From assembly GCA_001516125.1 (NCBI GenBank), contig LOEX01000107.1:2488-66487 (forward strand): a stretch of DNA of 64,000 nucleotides, written 5' to 3'. How positions within the stretch are numbered: position 1 is the first letter of the stretch; every line of letters begins with the position of its first letter. This DNA comes from Sphingomonadales bacterium BRH_c42 (lineage in GTDB: Bacteria > Pseudomonadota > Alphaproteobacteria > Sphingomonadales > Sphingomonadaceae). Below the pieces are notes generated by a model that was given only the letters and a program-made list of their open reading frames with translations, made no database searches and had not been told where the DNA came from. The translations under genes were made by a program, and so were the position numbers. This document shows positions 1 through 8,048 of this stretch, piece by piece.

Positions 1-39
1 TCAATCTGATTGGAAGAAGGATCGGCCTGAACCTGCCCG

Positions 40-180
40 TCAAGCGGACCGCCGTTCAATCTGATCTGGGCTGATCCCATTCTTTTCCCTTTCCTTCAGC
101 CGCGCAATATCGCGCGCCGCGTTCGCCCGCGCAAGCGCCTTCACAAAGTCCACGACTGAAGGGTCCACGGGCCGCTTCAT
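40..180 (-). CDS. Small hypothetical phage protein (46 aa)
   Basis: MKRPVDPSVVDFVKALARANAARDIARL..., ATG immediately after the DUF1643 stop; the longer 40..357 ORF is an overextension. Confidence 0.55.
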   Translation of the reverse strand: MKRPVDPSVVDFVKALARANAARDIARLKEREKNGISPDQIERRSA

Positions 181-181
181 G

Positions 182-751
182 TCAGCCCCAGAACTGCCAC
201 GGCTGGGGTTCAAGGTTGGCCGGGAGATAGAGAGGGTGGCGCGGATGACCGTCCTTCGTGAAGGCGAGCGCGTGAAGATCATAGCATTCCACGCCCAAGT
301 CCCGCCGGACATAGAATTCGCGATCCCGGTGCGTGCCGTGAGCGCCCCAGGCGGCAATGTTCAGTGCGCTGTTCTCCAAGGCCACCCGGATTGCCTGATC
401 GTTCCCCGGTCCGACGGGATCGTCCGCGCGCTTCATGGCAGCGGGGTCCGTGTCGCGCCATGCGAACAGGTTCCAGACGACAAGCCCGCCAGCTCCCCCG
501 TTCTGGGCACGGTTGCAACAGCGCGTGACAGTCGGGTCCAGCTTCAGGTGATCCGCCGTGGACGGGTTCAGCATTCCGAAGGACCAGATCGGCAGTGACT
601 GGTCCCAGATGCGCCACAGAAGATAGCGATAGCGCCAGTCCGGGCTGAAGGCCGCGCCTTCGCCCAGCATCATGCCGCGATCCACGCGGAAGCCGGGTTC
701 CTTTTCCAAGGCGACGAACGCACGAAGGGCGGCATGGCCGGGGACGCTCAT
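182..751 (-). CDS. DUF1643 domain protein
   Basis: Motifs YRYLLWRIW, MLNPSTAD...DPT, NLFAWRDTDP, AAWG, HPRHPLY; start coupled to the stop at 748. Confidence 0.88.
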   Translation of the reverse strand: MSVPGHAALRAFVALEKEPGFRVDRGMMLGEGAAFSPDWRYRYLLWRIWDQSLPIWSFGMLNPSTADHLKLDPTVTRCCNRAQNGGAGGLVVWNLFAWRDTDPAAMKRADDPVGPGNDQAIRVALENSALNIAAWGAHGTHRDREFYVRRDLGVECYDLHALAFTKDGHPRHPLYLPANLEPQPWQFWG

Positions 752-1119
752 TCGACTTCCCCGTTCGCGTGCTTCAGAAGGACGTCGGCATGGCACGGCT
801 GGTCCAGCGGGCAGAAGCACGCAAGGTTCTTTCCCCGCAAGCCGGGCAGCAAGGACAGCAGCTTCGTGCGTGCGGCTTCCGATTGTTCGCCGTCCCAGTT
901 GTTCCGCCAGTATGGCGAGAACGCCCATGCTTCGAAGGCGGCGACGCACCGGGCGGCAAGTTCCCGATCCGTCCCGACGAAGCCCGCTTCGCGGCATTCG
1001 CTGACTATGAAGGGGTTCCCGAACGGACCGGGCCTGGCAACGCTCACCGTGTTCGGCGGCATACGCCAGCCCTTCACGCGGCGAAGCTGGACCCTGATCG
1101 GCTGGGCCTCAATAGTCAT
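748..1119 (-). CDS. DUF4326 domain protein
   Basis: Motifs VARPGPFGNPF and LRGKNLACFCPLDQPCHADVLL. Confidence 0.88.
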   Translation of the reverse strand: MTIEAQPIRVQLRRVKGWRMPPNTVSVARPGPFGNPFIVSECREAGFVGTDRELAARCVAAFEAWAFSPYWRNNWDGEQSEAARTKLLSLLPGLRGKNLACFCPLDQPCHADVLLKHANGEVE

Positions 1120-1537
1120 GGGTCATGTCCTGAATTTCGTCCACGATCAGGTCCAGTTCGCTGGCCATCGCGTCGAGACTGTCGCATTCCTGCTTAAGCC
1201 GAAATTGCCACCATCGCGGCTTCAGGCGATCCCGTCGCGCAATCAGCCCAGCGGAGCGCGCGCGAATGTGATCTGCGATCTGATCAATCGCCACACTGGC
1301 GACCGGCTCAATCAGTTCGCGATTGCGCTGGCGACAGAACGGAACGACGTCATACGAACCGTCGGCATACTTCGCCGCCGTCGAAGTCCGCGCTTCGACG
1401 ATATAGAAGACCTTCCCCGGCCATTCCTTCCGCCCTGCCTCTATCGCTTCGTCGCGAGACGTGAAGTCGCCCAGTTCAAAGGCATCTTCATATTCGACGT
1501 TGCCATAGGAGCCGATCCACCATTGCCACGGGGTCAT
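1109..1537 (-). CDS. Hypothetical phage protein
   Basis: 142-aa ORF translationally coupled within the leftward operon. Confidence 0.75.
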   Translation of the reverse strand: MTPWQWWIGSYGNVEYEDAFELGDFTSRDEAIEAGRKEWPGKVFYIVEARTSTAAKYADGSYDVVPFCRQRNRELIEPVASVAIDQIADHIRARSAGLIARRDRLKPRWWQFRLKQECDSLDAMASELDLIVDEIQDMTHDY

Positions 1538-2109
1538 GCCAGTGCCCCCAGCCCTTCGTCCCGCGCGCGGATCAGTTCGGACATGGCTTCGTTCGATCCA
1601 CCCTTGTCCGGGTGCGCGGACTTCGACCGTTCCTTGAATGCGGCGCGGACCTGATCGACCGTCACCGCGCCGGACAGCCCCAGCACGGTCCGCCAGTCCC
1701 GCTTGCCTTCTGGCGCGGGGAGAGCGACGAAGCCCTTGAACGTCTGGCGCACGATATGAAGACCGCCGTGGCGCATTTCAGTGCGCCGGGCTTCCAGAAT
1801 GTGGTGGATTGCCTGAAGGTTGTCTTCGACCTTGGGATAGCGGTCCACGGCGATGCAGCGTTGCGCGCCGTCCCATTCGAACCAGACGGCGACGCCCGTG
1901 TCCGACGGCGCTTCGAAGGCAATCCCGGCGACGTTCGACGTCACCGCGACGTCCTTCACCGGCTTGTTCGTGTCGCTTCCGAATGCCGCCAGCGACTTCT
2001 TCACATTGCTGATCGCAGCGGACAGCGACGTGCGGAACTGGCTGGTAGCCTTGCGTTCGGTCCGGGGCAGGCCTTCAGGCCATGCGAGGGGATAGGGCGG
2101 AAACGTCAT
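1534..2109 (-). CDS. Phage protein with C-terminal J (DnaJ) domain
   Basis: MTFPPYPLAWPEG N-terminus; C-terminal WRTVLGL...AHPDKGGS with HPD motif. Confidence 0.88.
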   Translation of the reverse strand: MTFPPYPLAWPEGLPRTERKATSQFRTSLSAAISNVKKSLAAFGSDTNKPVKDVAVTSNVAGIAFEAPSDTGVAVWFEWDGAQRCIAVDRYPKVEDNLQAIHHILEARRTEMRHGGLHIVRQTFKGFVALPAPEGKRDWRTVLGLSGAVTVDQVRAAFKERSKSAHPDKGGSNEAMSELIRARDEGLGALA

Positions 2110-2720
2110 GCCGCCGCCCTTTCCCCGCACAGGTCTTCGATCCGATGCCCGTAGCGGCTCCATGCGCGCAGCCATGCGGCGGTGGCGAATTCGGGCCGGT
2201 CGCAATTCAGCCGCGTGCGGCGGACCTGATCCCATGCGTCGGGATCGACCGGGATGCTGGACCAGTAACCCGGCACGTTCGGCATGAGTTCGCGCGCTTC
2301 CAGGACGCACATGGCGTTGTCCACGGCCTTGATCGGCGCGGCCTTCAGCGGATCGGCTGGGAATTCACTGGCGACAAAGGACCGTTCGAAGCCGGACAGG
2401 AACCGGCTGGCAATCGCGTCTTCAATCCGCGCTTCGATTTCCCGATAGGCGGGCAGAAGCGCCTTCAGGGGCCGCGTCACGTCGCCGATGAACGCTTCGC
2501 TGGCATCGTGCAGCAAGGCCGCGCGGGCGTGTTCCAGCGGCACGTTGCGGGCAACATGGAAGCAATGTTCGGCGACCGAATAGAAGCGGTTCGTCTGCCC
2601 GGCGAAGCGGCACACCCGCCCCAGCCCGTGGGCAATGTCCTGAAGGGTGAATTCGGAGCCTTCGGGGTCCGTCAGGTCGAACAGCGCGCCCGATGCCAGC
2701 ATGATCCGCGTGTCTGTCAT
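2106..2720 (-). CDS. HD-superfamily phosphohydrolase (YfbR/YfdR-like deoxynucleotidase)
   Basis: DIAHGL..CRFAGQT..FYSVAEHC, ALLHDASEAFIGDV, IKAVD. Confidence 0.88.
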   Translation of the reverse strand: MTDTRIMLASGALFDLTDPEGSEFTLQDIAHGLGRVCRFAGQTNRFYSVAEHCFHVARNVPLEHARAALLHDASEAFIGDVTRPLKALLPAYREIEARIEDAIASRFLSGFERSFVASEFPADPLKAAPIKAVDNAMCVLEARELMPNVPGYWSSIPVDPDAWDQVRRTRLNCDRPEFATAAWLRAWSRYGHRIEDLCGERAAA

Positions 2721-2986
2721 TGTGCCGGTTCCTTTGCTTCAGCGGCTGGGCGGTGCGCCCCTTCTTCGATCAGGTCGGACGCCATGCGGACGGAGCCGGG
2801 CGCGACGGAATGGAAGCCTTCGACTTCGGCGGCGTAGCGCCCCAGAAGATCGCGGACGTCGCCTTCGATCAGCGGAATGATGCGCGCCAGAACGGCGACG
2901 TCCCGATGATCGAATGAGGAACCTTCAAGGCGGTTCAGCAGGTGCGCGGCATAGAGCCGGTCGCCCTGTTCGCGGTCTTCAGTCAT
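2717..2986 (-). CDS. Hypothetical phage protein (89 aa)
   Basis: MTEDREQGDRLY..., ATGA-coupled at both ends. Confidence 0.65.
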   Translation of the reverse strand: MTEDREQGDRLYAAHLLNRLEGSSFDHRDVAVLARIIPLIEGDVRDLLGRYAAEVEGFHSVAPGSVRMASDLIEEGAHRPAAEAKEPAQ

Positions 2987-3366
2987 GCGTTCCCCCATGC
3001 TTCCAGCACTTGCGGCTGGTCCGTGAAAAGATAGAAGTTCAAGCGCGATCCGCGCCGGATCGTGTGGATCAGCGGCTGGTCGAAATCGCGGTCCACCGCG
3101 TCCCGAAGCCGGGATATGTGGACCGCGACGGAATTGGTCTTCGGATCGTGATCCTGTTCCCAGACGTGGCGGCGCAATTCGGCGGCGGTGATCGGGCGGT
3201 TCCGGTTCCATGCGAAATAGACCAGCACGTCCCATTCGCGCGGATGCAGCAACACGCGCCGCCCGGCGCGGCTGGCACGCCGGAAGATCAGGTCCAGCGT
3301 CAGATCGGCGACGTGAAGCTGGACCGTGGCGGCCGGAACGCCCAGGGCAGTGGCACCCGCGTTCAT
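2983..3366 (-). CDS. Stand-alone OmpR/PhoB-type winged-helix DNA-binding domain protein
   Basis: LHVADLTLDL..RRASRAGRRVLLHPREW...HVWEQDHDPKTNSVAVHISRLR..VDRDFDQPLIHTIR; no receiver domain. Confidence 0.85.
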   Translation of the reverse strand: MNAGATALGVPAATVQLHVADLTLDLIFRRASRAGRRVLLHPREWDVLVYFAWNRNRPITAAELRRHVWEQDHDPKTNSVAVHISRLRDAVDRDFDQPLIHTIRRGSRLNFYLFTDQPQVLEAWGNA

Positions 3367-3665
3367 GATGCTTCGCCCGCTGACGTGCCGAGTGGCACGA
3401 AATAGAGCGGTTCCCCGGCTGGACCGCGCGGGATCGACACGCTTGCCAGAACCTCTATGGCCTGATGCCTGCCCGGCAGACGACGGATGCAGCCGCGTTC
3501 TTCCAGCGCGCCCAGCATTCGGGAAACCTGCCCCATGCCCGCAATCCCGCACGCTTCGCCGATCTGGCGATACTTGGGCGCAACGCCGCCGGATGCTTCG
3601 AGATAGCCCGCAATGAAGCGAAGGACGTCCATCTGGCGGGGCGTGGGCGAGACGGCGACGTTCAC
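3363..3665 (-). CDS. LexA N-terminal-like winged-helix protein (no peptidase domain)
   Basis: TPRQMDVLRFI..Y....G.APKYRQIGEACGI....VSRMLGALEERGCIRR; GTG start. Confidence 0.8.
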   Translation of the reverse strand: MNVAVSPTPRQMDVLRFIAGYLEASGGVAPKYRQIGEACGIAGMGQVSRMLGALEERGCIRRLPGRHQAIEVLASVSIPRGPAGEPLYFVPLGTSAGEAS

Positions 3666-3766
3666 CGATCCGCCCCTTCCGCTTCGTGGAACAGGCCGCG
3701 CCATGCAGCGCCAGCGACGAAGCCGACGTTCAGGGCGACGATTGCGGTGATGATCAGCGCGGTCAT
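3662..3766 (-). CDS. Small membrane peptide (34 aa)
   Basis: MTALIITAIVALNVGFVAGAAWRGLF..., one TM segment; coupled at both ends. Confidence 0.55.
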   Translation of the reverse strand: MTALIITAIVALNVGFVAGAAWRGLFHEAEGADR

Positions 3767-3972
3767 GCGTCGATCCTGACGACGCGCCTTGCCGCCATTG
3801 CCTTCAGTCCGCGCAGAAGGTTCTTCACGTCCCGGCGGGTGTAGTCCCGCCCCGTGCCGGTCTTCGTGTCGATCCGGAACCGCCCGCCAGCATCGCGCAT
3901 GATCACGGGAAAGTCCCCGTGAACCGCGAAATAGGATTGGCAATAGTCGCGCATCATCTGTTCGTCGCTCAT
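3763..3972 (-). CDS. Hypothetical phage protein (69 aa)
   Basis: Coupled ORF in the early leftward operon. Confidence 0.65.
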   Translation of the reverse strand: MSDEQMMRDYCQSYFAVHGDFPVIMRDAGGRFRIDTKTGTGRDYTRRDVKNLLRGLKAMAARRVVRIDA

Positions 3973-4118
3973 GCCATTGACCTTTCGGCTGGCACGCGAC
4001 GCGCGCGTTCAGCGGCGCGGGACTGGGCGGCGATGCGACGGAGACGAAGGAAGTCTTCGCGTGCGGCGCAATGGGCGACAGGTGCCCCGTCGAAATAGGC
4101 GGCTTCGGAATAGATCAC
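3969..4118 (-). CDS. Small hypothetical protein (49 aa, not in ORF track)
   Basis: GTG..MIYSEAAYFDGAPVAHCAAREDFLRLRR..TGA; exactly fills the gap with GTGA/ATGA overlaps. Confidence 0.55.
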   Translation of the reverse strand: MIYSEAAYFDGAPVAHCAAREDFLRLRRIAAQSRAAERARRVPAERSMA

Positions 4119-4309
4119 GCCAGCCCCCAGATGCGAGCTGCGAAGCGGATGCCGTGGAAGACGAACAGAAGCGCGGTTGCCGCGATCACCGCATAGGCGA
4201 AGCGCGCCGTCAGCCGGTCAAGCCGGTGCGCCAGTTTGCGCAAGGCCAAGTCCTGTTCGGCTGGGGGGAGTTCCGCGAAGCGGAATAGGTCCGACAGTTG
4301 GTTCGACAC
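4115..4309 (-). CDS. Small membrane protein, first gene of the leftward operon
   Basis: GGAGGA RBS before GTG; C-terminal TM segment. Confidence 0.65.
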   Translation of the reverse strand: MSNQLSDLFRFAELPPAEQDLALRKLAHRLDRLTARFAYAVIAATALLFVFHGIRFAARIWGLA

Positions 4310-4353
4310 GGCAAGTTCCTCCAAGGCCGGTCAACCCGGCGTCGGAGCCTTGC

Positions 4354-4393
4354 TAATACGGAGTGTATTAGTTAGTCAATACCAAATGTATTA
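4354..4393 (-). promoter_or_regulatory. OL-like operators (2 copies) and leftward promoter
   Basis: TAATACGGAGTGTATTA (4354-4370) and CAATACCAAATGTATTA (4377-4393); TTGACT -35 on the minus strand. Confidence 0.8.
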
Positions 4394-4580
4394 AAGGCAC
4401 GATCCCCAGCATGATCGGCACGACATAGAGCGCGATCAGAAGCGCATCGCCGAAGGTGAGGCCGGAAAGCGGGCTGGGGCGGTCCGGCTGGGTTATCCGC
4501 CAGCGGACGTCATCAAGAACCACGGCGGCGATGGTGCCGACGGTGAGCAAGCCGAAAAGGAGATATACCCAGTTCATCAT
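4368..4580 (-). CDS. Two-TM membrane protein downstream of cI (possible superinfection exclusion)
   Basis: 70 aa with two hydrophobic segments; same orientation as and directly after the repressor. Confidence 0.6.
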   Translation of the reverse strand: MMNWVYLLFGLLTVGTIAAVVLDDVRWRITQPDRPSPLSGLTFGDALLIALYVVPIMLGIVPLIHLVLTN

Positions 4581-4588
4581 AAGGCGGT

Positions 4589-5314
4589 CTATTCGGGGAT
4601 CGGGTTCCTTGCCATGCGCAAAAGCCGCGAAGCGTGCGGCTGGTAAGAGCCTATCACGAAGGCGATGACCTGGACATAGCCGTCGTCATCATGGTCCGGA
4701 TCGGGCAGGCCGACTTCGATAGGTGCCTGAAATTCGGGCTTCGTGGACCGGGGAAGAAGCCAGGTGCGCCCGTCATCGTCGCGCTGGAATTCCTTCACCG
4801 TCAGTTCGCGCATTCCATCGGCGCGCTGGCGCTCCACAATGACAAGATCGCCGCTGGCGGGTTCTATCCCCAGATCGAAGATCGACAGGCAATCCAGCAA
4901 CGTCCCCGGTGCGAAGACCTGATCCATTGAATGGCCGTCCACCCGCAAGCCGAAGCGGCGGGCCTTGGGGAAGGGTGAGGGACCGACGACGATTTCGAAG
5001 CGGTCCGACTGGGGCCATTCCGTCGTTTCCCGCCAAACGCCAGCGGCAACCGATCCCGTCACTTCCACGATCCTTTCACGGCTGGCTTCAGCCGGTGCAA
5101 CCTCAACCTTGTCCAGCGCCAGAAGCCAGCCCGGATTGACCCGGAACGCCCTGGCATACCGCTTCGCCGCTTCGACCGTGATCCCGCGCGTCCCGTTTTC
5201 GTGGTGCGTGTAAGCCGGGGCGTTCCAGCCATAGGCGCGCGCCGCCGCCGACGCGCTTTCATAGCCCGCCGCAATCCGCGCCTTGCGCAACCGATCTGCC
5301 ATTTCGTCCGTCAT
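4589..5314 (-). CDS. cI: CI-like repressor (XRE HTH + S24 peptidase)
   Basis: N-terminal RLRKARIAAG..HENGTRG HTH; Ala-Gly site VAAG; LRVDGHSM (Ser) and LTVKEF (Lys). Confidence 0.93.
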   Translation of the reverse strand: MTDEMADRLRKARIAAGYESASAAARAYGWNAPAYTHHENGTRGITVEAAKRYARAFRVNPGWLLALDKVEVAPAEASRERIVEVTGSVAAGVWRETTEWPQSDRFEIVVGPSPFPKARRFGLRVDGHSMDQVFAPGTLLDCLSIFDLGIEPASGDLVIVERQRADGMRELTVKEFQRDDDGRTWLLPRSTKPEFQAPIEVGLPDPDHDDDGYVQVIAFVIGSYQPHASRLLRMARNPIPE

Positions 5315-5321
5315 TGGCAGG

Positions 5322-5380
5322 CAATACACAATGTAATAATACATGCGGTATTGACTTGGCTAATACGCTTTGTATTAATG
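5322..5380. promoter_or_regulatory. OR-like operators (3 copies) with divergent PR/PRM
   Basis: CAATACACAATGTAATA 5322-5338, TAATACATGCGGTATTG 5337-5353, TAATACGCTTTGTATTA 5361-5377; TTGACT at 5351. Confidence 0.85.
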
Positions 5381-5385
5381 CCCCC

Positions 5386-5712
5386 ATGTCTCACCTGAAG
5401 CCCATCTATGCCGTCTGGGATCACAATGCCGAAGCGATGGCTTCGGACATTGGCGAACCGGGCGTGAAAGTCCGCCAGTGGCGCAACCGGGGCAATATCC
5501 CCGCCGTTTACTGGCAGCGGATCATTGACGCTGCCTTGCGGATCAAGGGCCAGCGGCTGGACCTTTCCCAGTTCATCCCGCCCGATCCCGCGCCCGTCGT
5601 CACGCCTGAACGGATCATCGTCTGCGACGTCTGCGACCGGCGGGTGGATGAACAGCTTCCGAAGGCCTGCACCTTTGTCGATTGCCCGCATTCGCAAAGG
5701 GCGGCGGCATGA
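5386..5712 (+). CDS. Cro-like protein (carph-isopro-type HTH) with Cys-rich C-terminus
   Basis: Divergent from cI; AMASDIGEPGVKVRQWRNRGNIP..YW; C-terminal CDVC...CTFVDCPH. Confidence 0.82.
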   Translation: MSHLKPIYAVWDHNAEAMASDIGEPGVKVRQWRNRGNIPAVYWQRIIDAALRIKGQRLDLSQFIPPDPAPVVTPERIIVCDVCDRRVDEQLPKACTFVDCPHSQRAAA

Positions 5713-5878
5713 TGGCTTCCCTTCTTCAGTTCCCTGCGAACGCGCACCACGGCATTCAGCCGCGCGTTCCGGGTCGCACGCCCGGCGGGGCTTCCCCCCC
5801 GATCCCCCAGCCCCGCCGGGCACATAACCGTCTTCGTGTTCCATGCGCCGACAATGCGCGCCGCGACGGGGCTTGCAC

Positions 5879-6325
5879 ATGGAAATGATGCCCGACTTTT
5901 CCGTCCCCAGCGTAAAAACGCTGATCGGCGACACGCTGCGCCTGTTCGTCGGGCATGGTCGCCGCATTTCCTGGGCGGACCTTGCCGCCGCCACCGGGGA
6001 CAAGGAACGCAAGCTGCGATCCTATGTCGAGACGGACGGGCCGGAAATGCCGCTGGACGTGTTCATGCGCGTCTTCGCTATCCTGCCACCCGATGCCTTC
6101 GCCCGCGTCGCCCGCCACATGGGTTTCGGCGCGGAGCCGCTGGACGTCTGCCCCGATGCGACCGTCCTTCGCGCGCTGTCACAATCCGCCCGGCTGGTCG
6201 CCGACGGAAACGAGTTTCTGGAAGACGGACGGCTTTCGCCGCGCGAGCGCGCGCAGCTCGCCGAACGCGCATCCGCGCTTCTTCCAGTCCTGCAATCCAT
6301 CGCGGGGAGCGGTTCGGCGCATTGA
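5879..6325 (+). CDS. CII-like regulatory protein
   Basis: HTH-like ISWADLAAATGDKERKLRSY; C-terminal DGRLSPRERAQL; located after cro. Confidence 0.7.
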   Translation: MEMMPDFSVPSVKTLIGDTLRLFVGHGRRISWADLAAATGDKERKLRSYVETDGPEMPLDVFMRVFAILPPDAFARVARHMGFGAEPLDVCPDATVLRALSQSARLVADGNEFLEDGRLSPRERAQLAERASALLPVLQSIAGSGSAH

Positions 6326-6433
6326 ACAGGAACCGGGCGCTTCGGCGTCTTGGGCGACCTGTTCACGCCATTTCCCCGCGATGGAACCACAACCGCGCCC
6401 GGCTGGCGGGGCGGATCATAGGGAGCAAGTGAC

Positions 6434-6853
6434 ATGAACGACAAGGTGAAGGCGTCGGACGTCACGCTGGATCAGCCACAGAAGGCGGCTGACGGCGGAC
6501 ACGTCCCCGGCGCTTGCAACACAATGGGCGAATTCGTCCGGTCGCTGGAAGACGGGCAGTTCGACGCCGATTGCTATGAGGCGATCAAGGAACTGTCCGC
6601 CGCCATGCACGAACACGCATGGAACAACGGCGGCAAGGCCAAGGGCAAGGTGACTATCTCGCTGGACTTCACCCAGGAAGGCGGCGTCACCGAAATCAAG
6701 GCAAACTTCAAGGTCGCCCAGCCTGAAGTCAAACGCCCGAAGTCCATCATGTGGACGACGGAAGATCACCGCATGACACGCACGCGCCCCGGACAATCGC
6801 AGTTGTTCGGCATTCGTGACGTCTCTGGGGCGTCGGCTGCGCGCGACGCCTGA
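6434..6853 (+). CDS. YfdP-like phage protein
   Basis: GGKAKGKVTISLDF...RPGQSQLF; directly upstream of the DUF2303 gene, the usual pairing. Confidence 0.7.
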   Translation: MNDKVKASDVTLDQPQKAADGGHVPGACNTMGEFVRSLEDGQFDADCYEAIKELSAAMHEHAWNNGGKAKGKVTISLDFTQEGGVTEIKANFKVAQPEVKRPKSIMWTTEDHRMTRTRPGQSQLFGIRDVSGASAARDA

Positions 6854-6888
6854 TCCACACAACTTCAACCTGAAGGAAGGAAATCGAC

Positions 6889-7809
6889 ATGGCCGATCTG
6901 GCTGAACAACGAGGTATCGCGACCGAAGTCCGCGCGATTATCGAAGACTACAGCGAACCCGAACTGATCACGCTGCAAGAGCCGGGCACGGGCGTCGAAG
7001 CCCTTGCCTTGATCACGAAGGACGGCGCGAAGCCGGTCCCCAGCGAAGTCTTTGACGAATACCGGCGCTCGCCTTCCGCACGGCACGGCACGGCGGAACT
7101 GACGGCGATTGAAAGCCTGATCGACCATGTGAACCGCTTCAAGGACGCGGACAGCGCCCTGTTCGCGGTGGACGACAGGTCGAAGCCTTCGATCACGGCG
7201 GTTCTGGACTATCACCGCGCCGGGGCCGAAGCCGATCCGCGCTTCGGGCTTCACCGCTCCCTGTTCCAGTTCCCGCTGTCCGACGAATGGAAGGCGTGGA
7301 TCAAGAGCGACGGCGAGGCCTTCAGCATGGGCGAATTCGCCGCCTTCCTGGAAGACCGGATCATTGACGTTCTGGACCTGATCCCCGGCGAAGACAGCCT
7401 TCCGGAAGAAATGCAGCGGTTCGTCAACACCGTCGGCGGGTCCATCGCAAGCCCTTCCAAGCTGATCGAATTGTCCGTCGGGCTGAAGGTGAACGAACGG
7501 TCCGCCGTCAAGGAAGCGATCAATCTGAAGTCTGGCGAAGCCCAGGTCCAGTTCGTCGCGGAGCATGTGGACGACGCCGGACAACCGCTTCGCGTGCCGG
7601 GACTGTTCCTGATCGGCATTCCGGTCTTCAATCAGGGGCCGATCTACCGGCTGGCGGCGCGGCTTCGCTATCGCAAGACCCCCGGCGGGCTGGTCTTCTT
7701 CTATCAGCTCTGGCGGGCGGACCGGACGTTCGATCACAGCTTCCGCGAAGCGTGCGAGCGGGTCCGCGTCGAAACCGATCTGCCCTTGCTGTTCGGCAAG
7801 CCTGAATAG
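6889..7809 (+). CDS. DUF2303 (YfdQ) family protein
   Basis: ITAVLDYH, LSDEWKAW, FAAFLEDRI.D, F.IGIPVF...ARLRYR; AAGGAAGG RBS. Confidence 0.88.
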   Translation: MADLAEQRGIATEVRAIIEDYSEPELITLQEPGTGVEALALITKDGAKPVPSEVFDEYRRSPSARHGTAELTAIESLIDHVNRFKDADSALFAVDDRSKPSITAVLDYHRAGAEADPRFGLHRSLFQFPLSDEWKAWIKSDGEAFSMGEFAAFLEDRIIDVLDLIPGEDSLPEEMQRFVNTVGGSIASPSKLIELSVGLKVNERSAVKEAINLKSGEAQVQFVAEHVDDAGQPLRVPGLFLIGIPVFNQGPIYRLAARLRYRKTPGGLVFFYQLWRADRTFDHSFREACERVRVETDLPLLFGKPE

Positions 7810-7811
7810 CC

Positions 7812-8048
7812 GTGTCGGGCACGCGCGAACTTGGCCTGTTCACCGCGTCGGCGAAACGCGGGCAACCGCGCGACGCGCGGGGCCGGTTCGTGCGTGTCCG
7901 CTATTCCGCCCAGCGGCTGAAGGTTCTCGAAGTCGCCCGGAAGATGCGCGAAGACATGGGGCTTCCGCCCAGTCCGTGGCTGGACCCGCCGTGCCAGCGC
8001 CCCGTCGCCAGTGATCGGGCCGAACGCGCATCGGAGAAATCCGAATGA
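7812..8048 (+). CDS. Hypothetical protein
   Basis: QPRDARGRF motif; coupled to the next gene. Confidence 0.6.
   Translation: MSGTRELGLFTASAKRGQPRDARGRFVRVRYSAQRLKVLEVARKMREDMGLPPSPWLDPPCQRPVASDRAERASEKSE

Noticed and set aside
2106-2720. DatZ / Z-genome (2-aminoadenine) system
   Set aside because: No PurZ, MazZ or phage DNA polymerase is present; the HD protein fits the YfbR/YfdR type.
2983-3366. Phage-encoded CtrA
   Set aside because: The recognition region (TNSVAVHISRLR) matches CusR/OmpR-type regulators rather than CtrA (KIIDVFICKLR), and there is no receiver domain.
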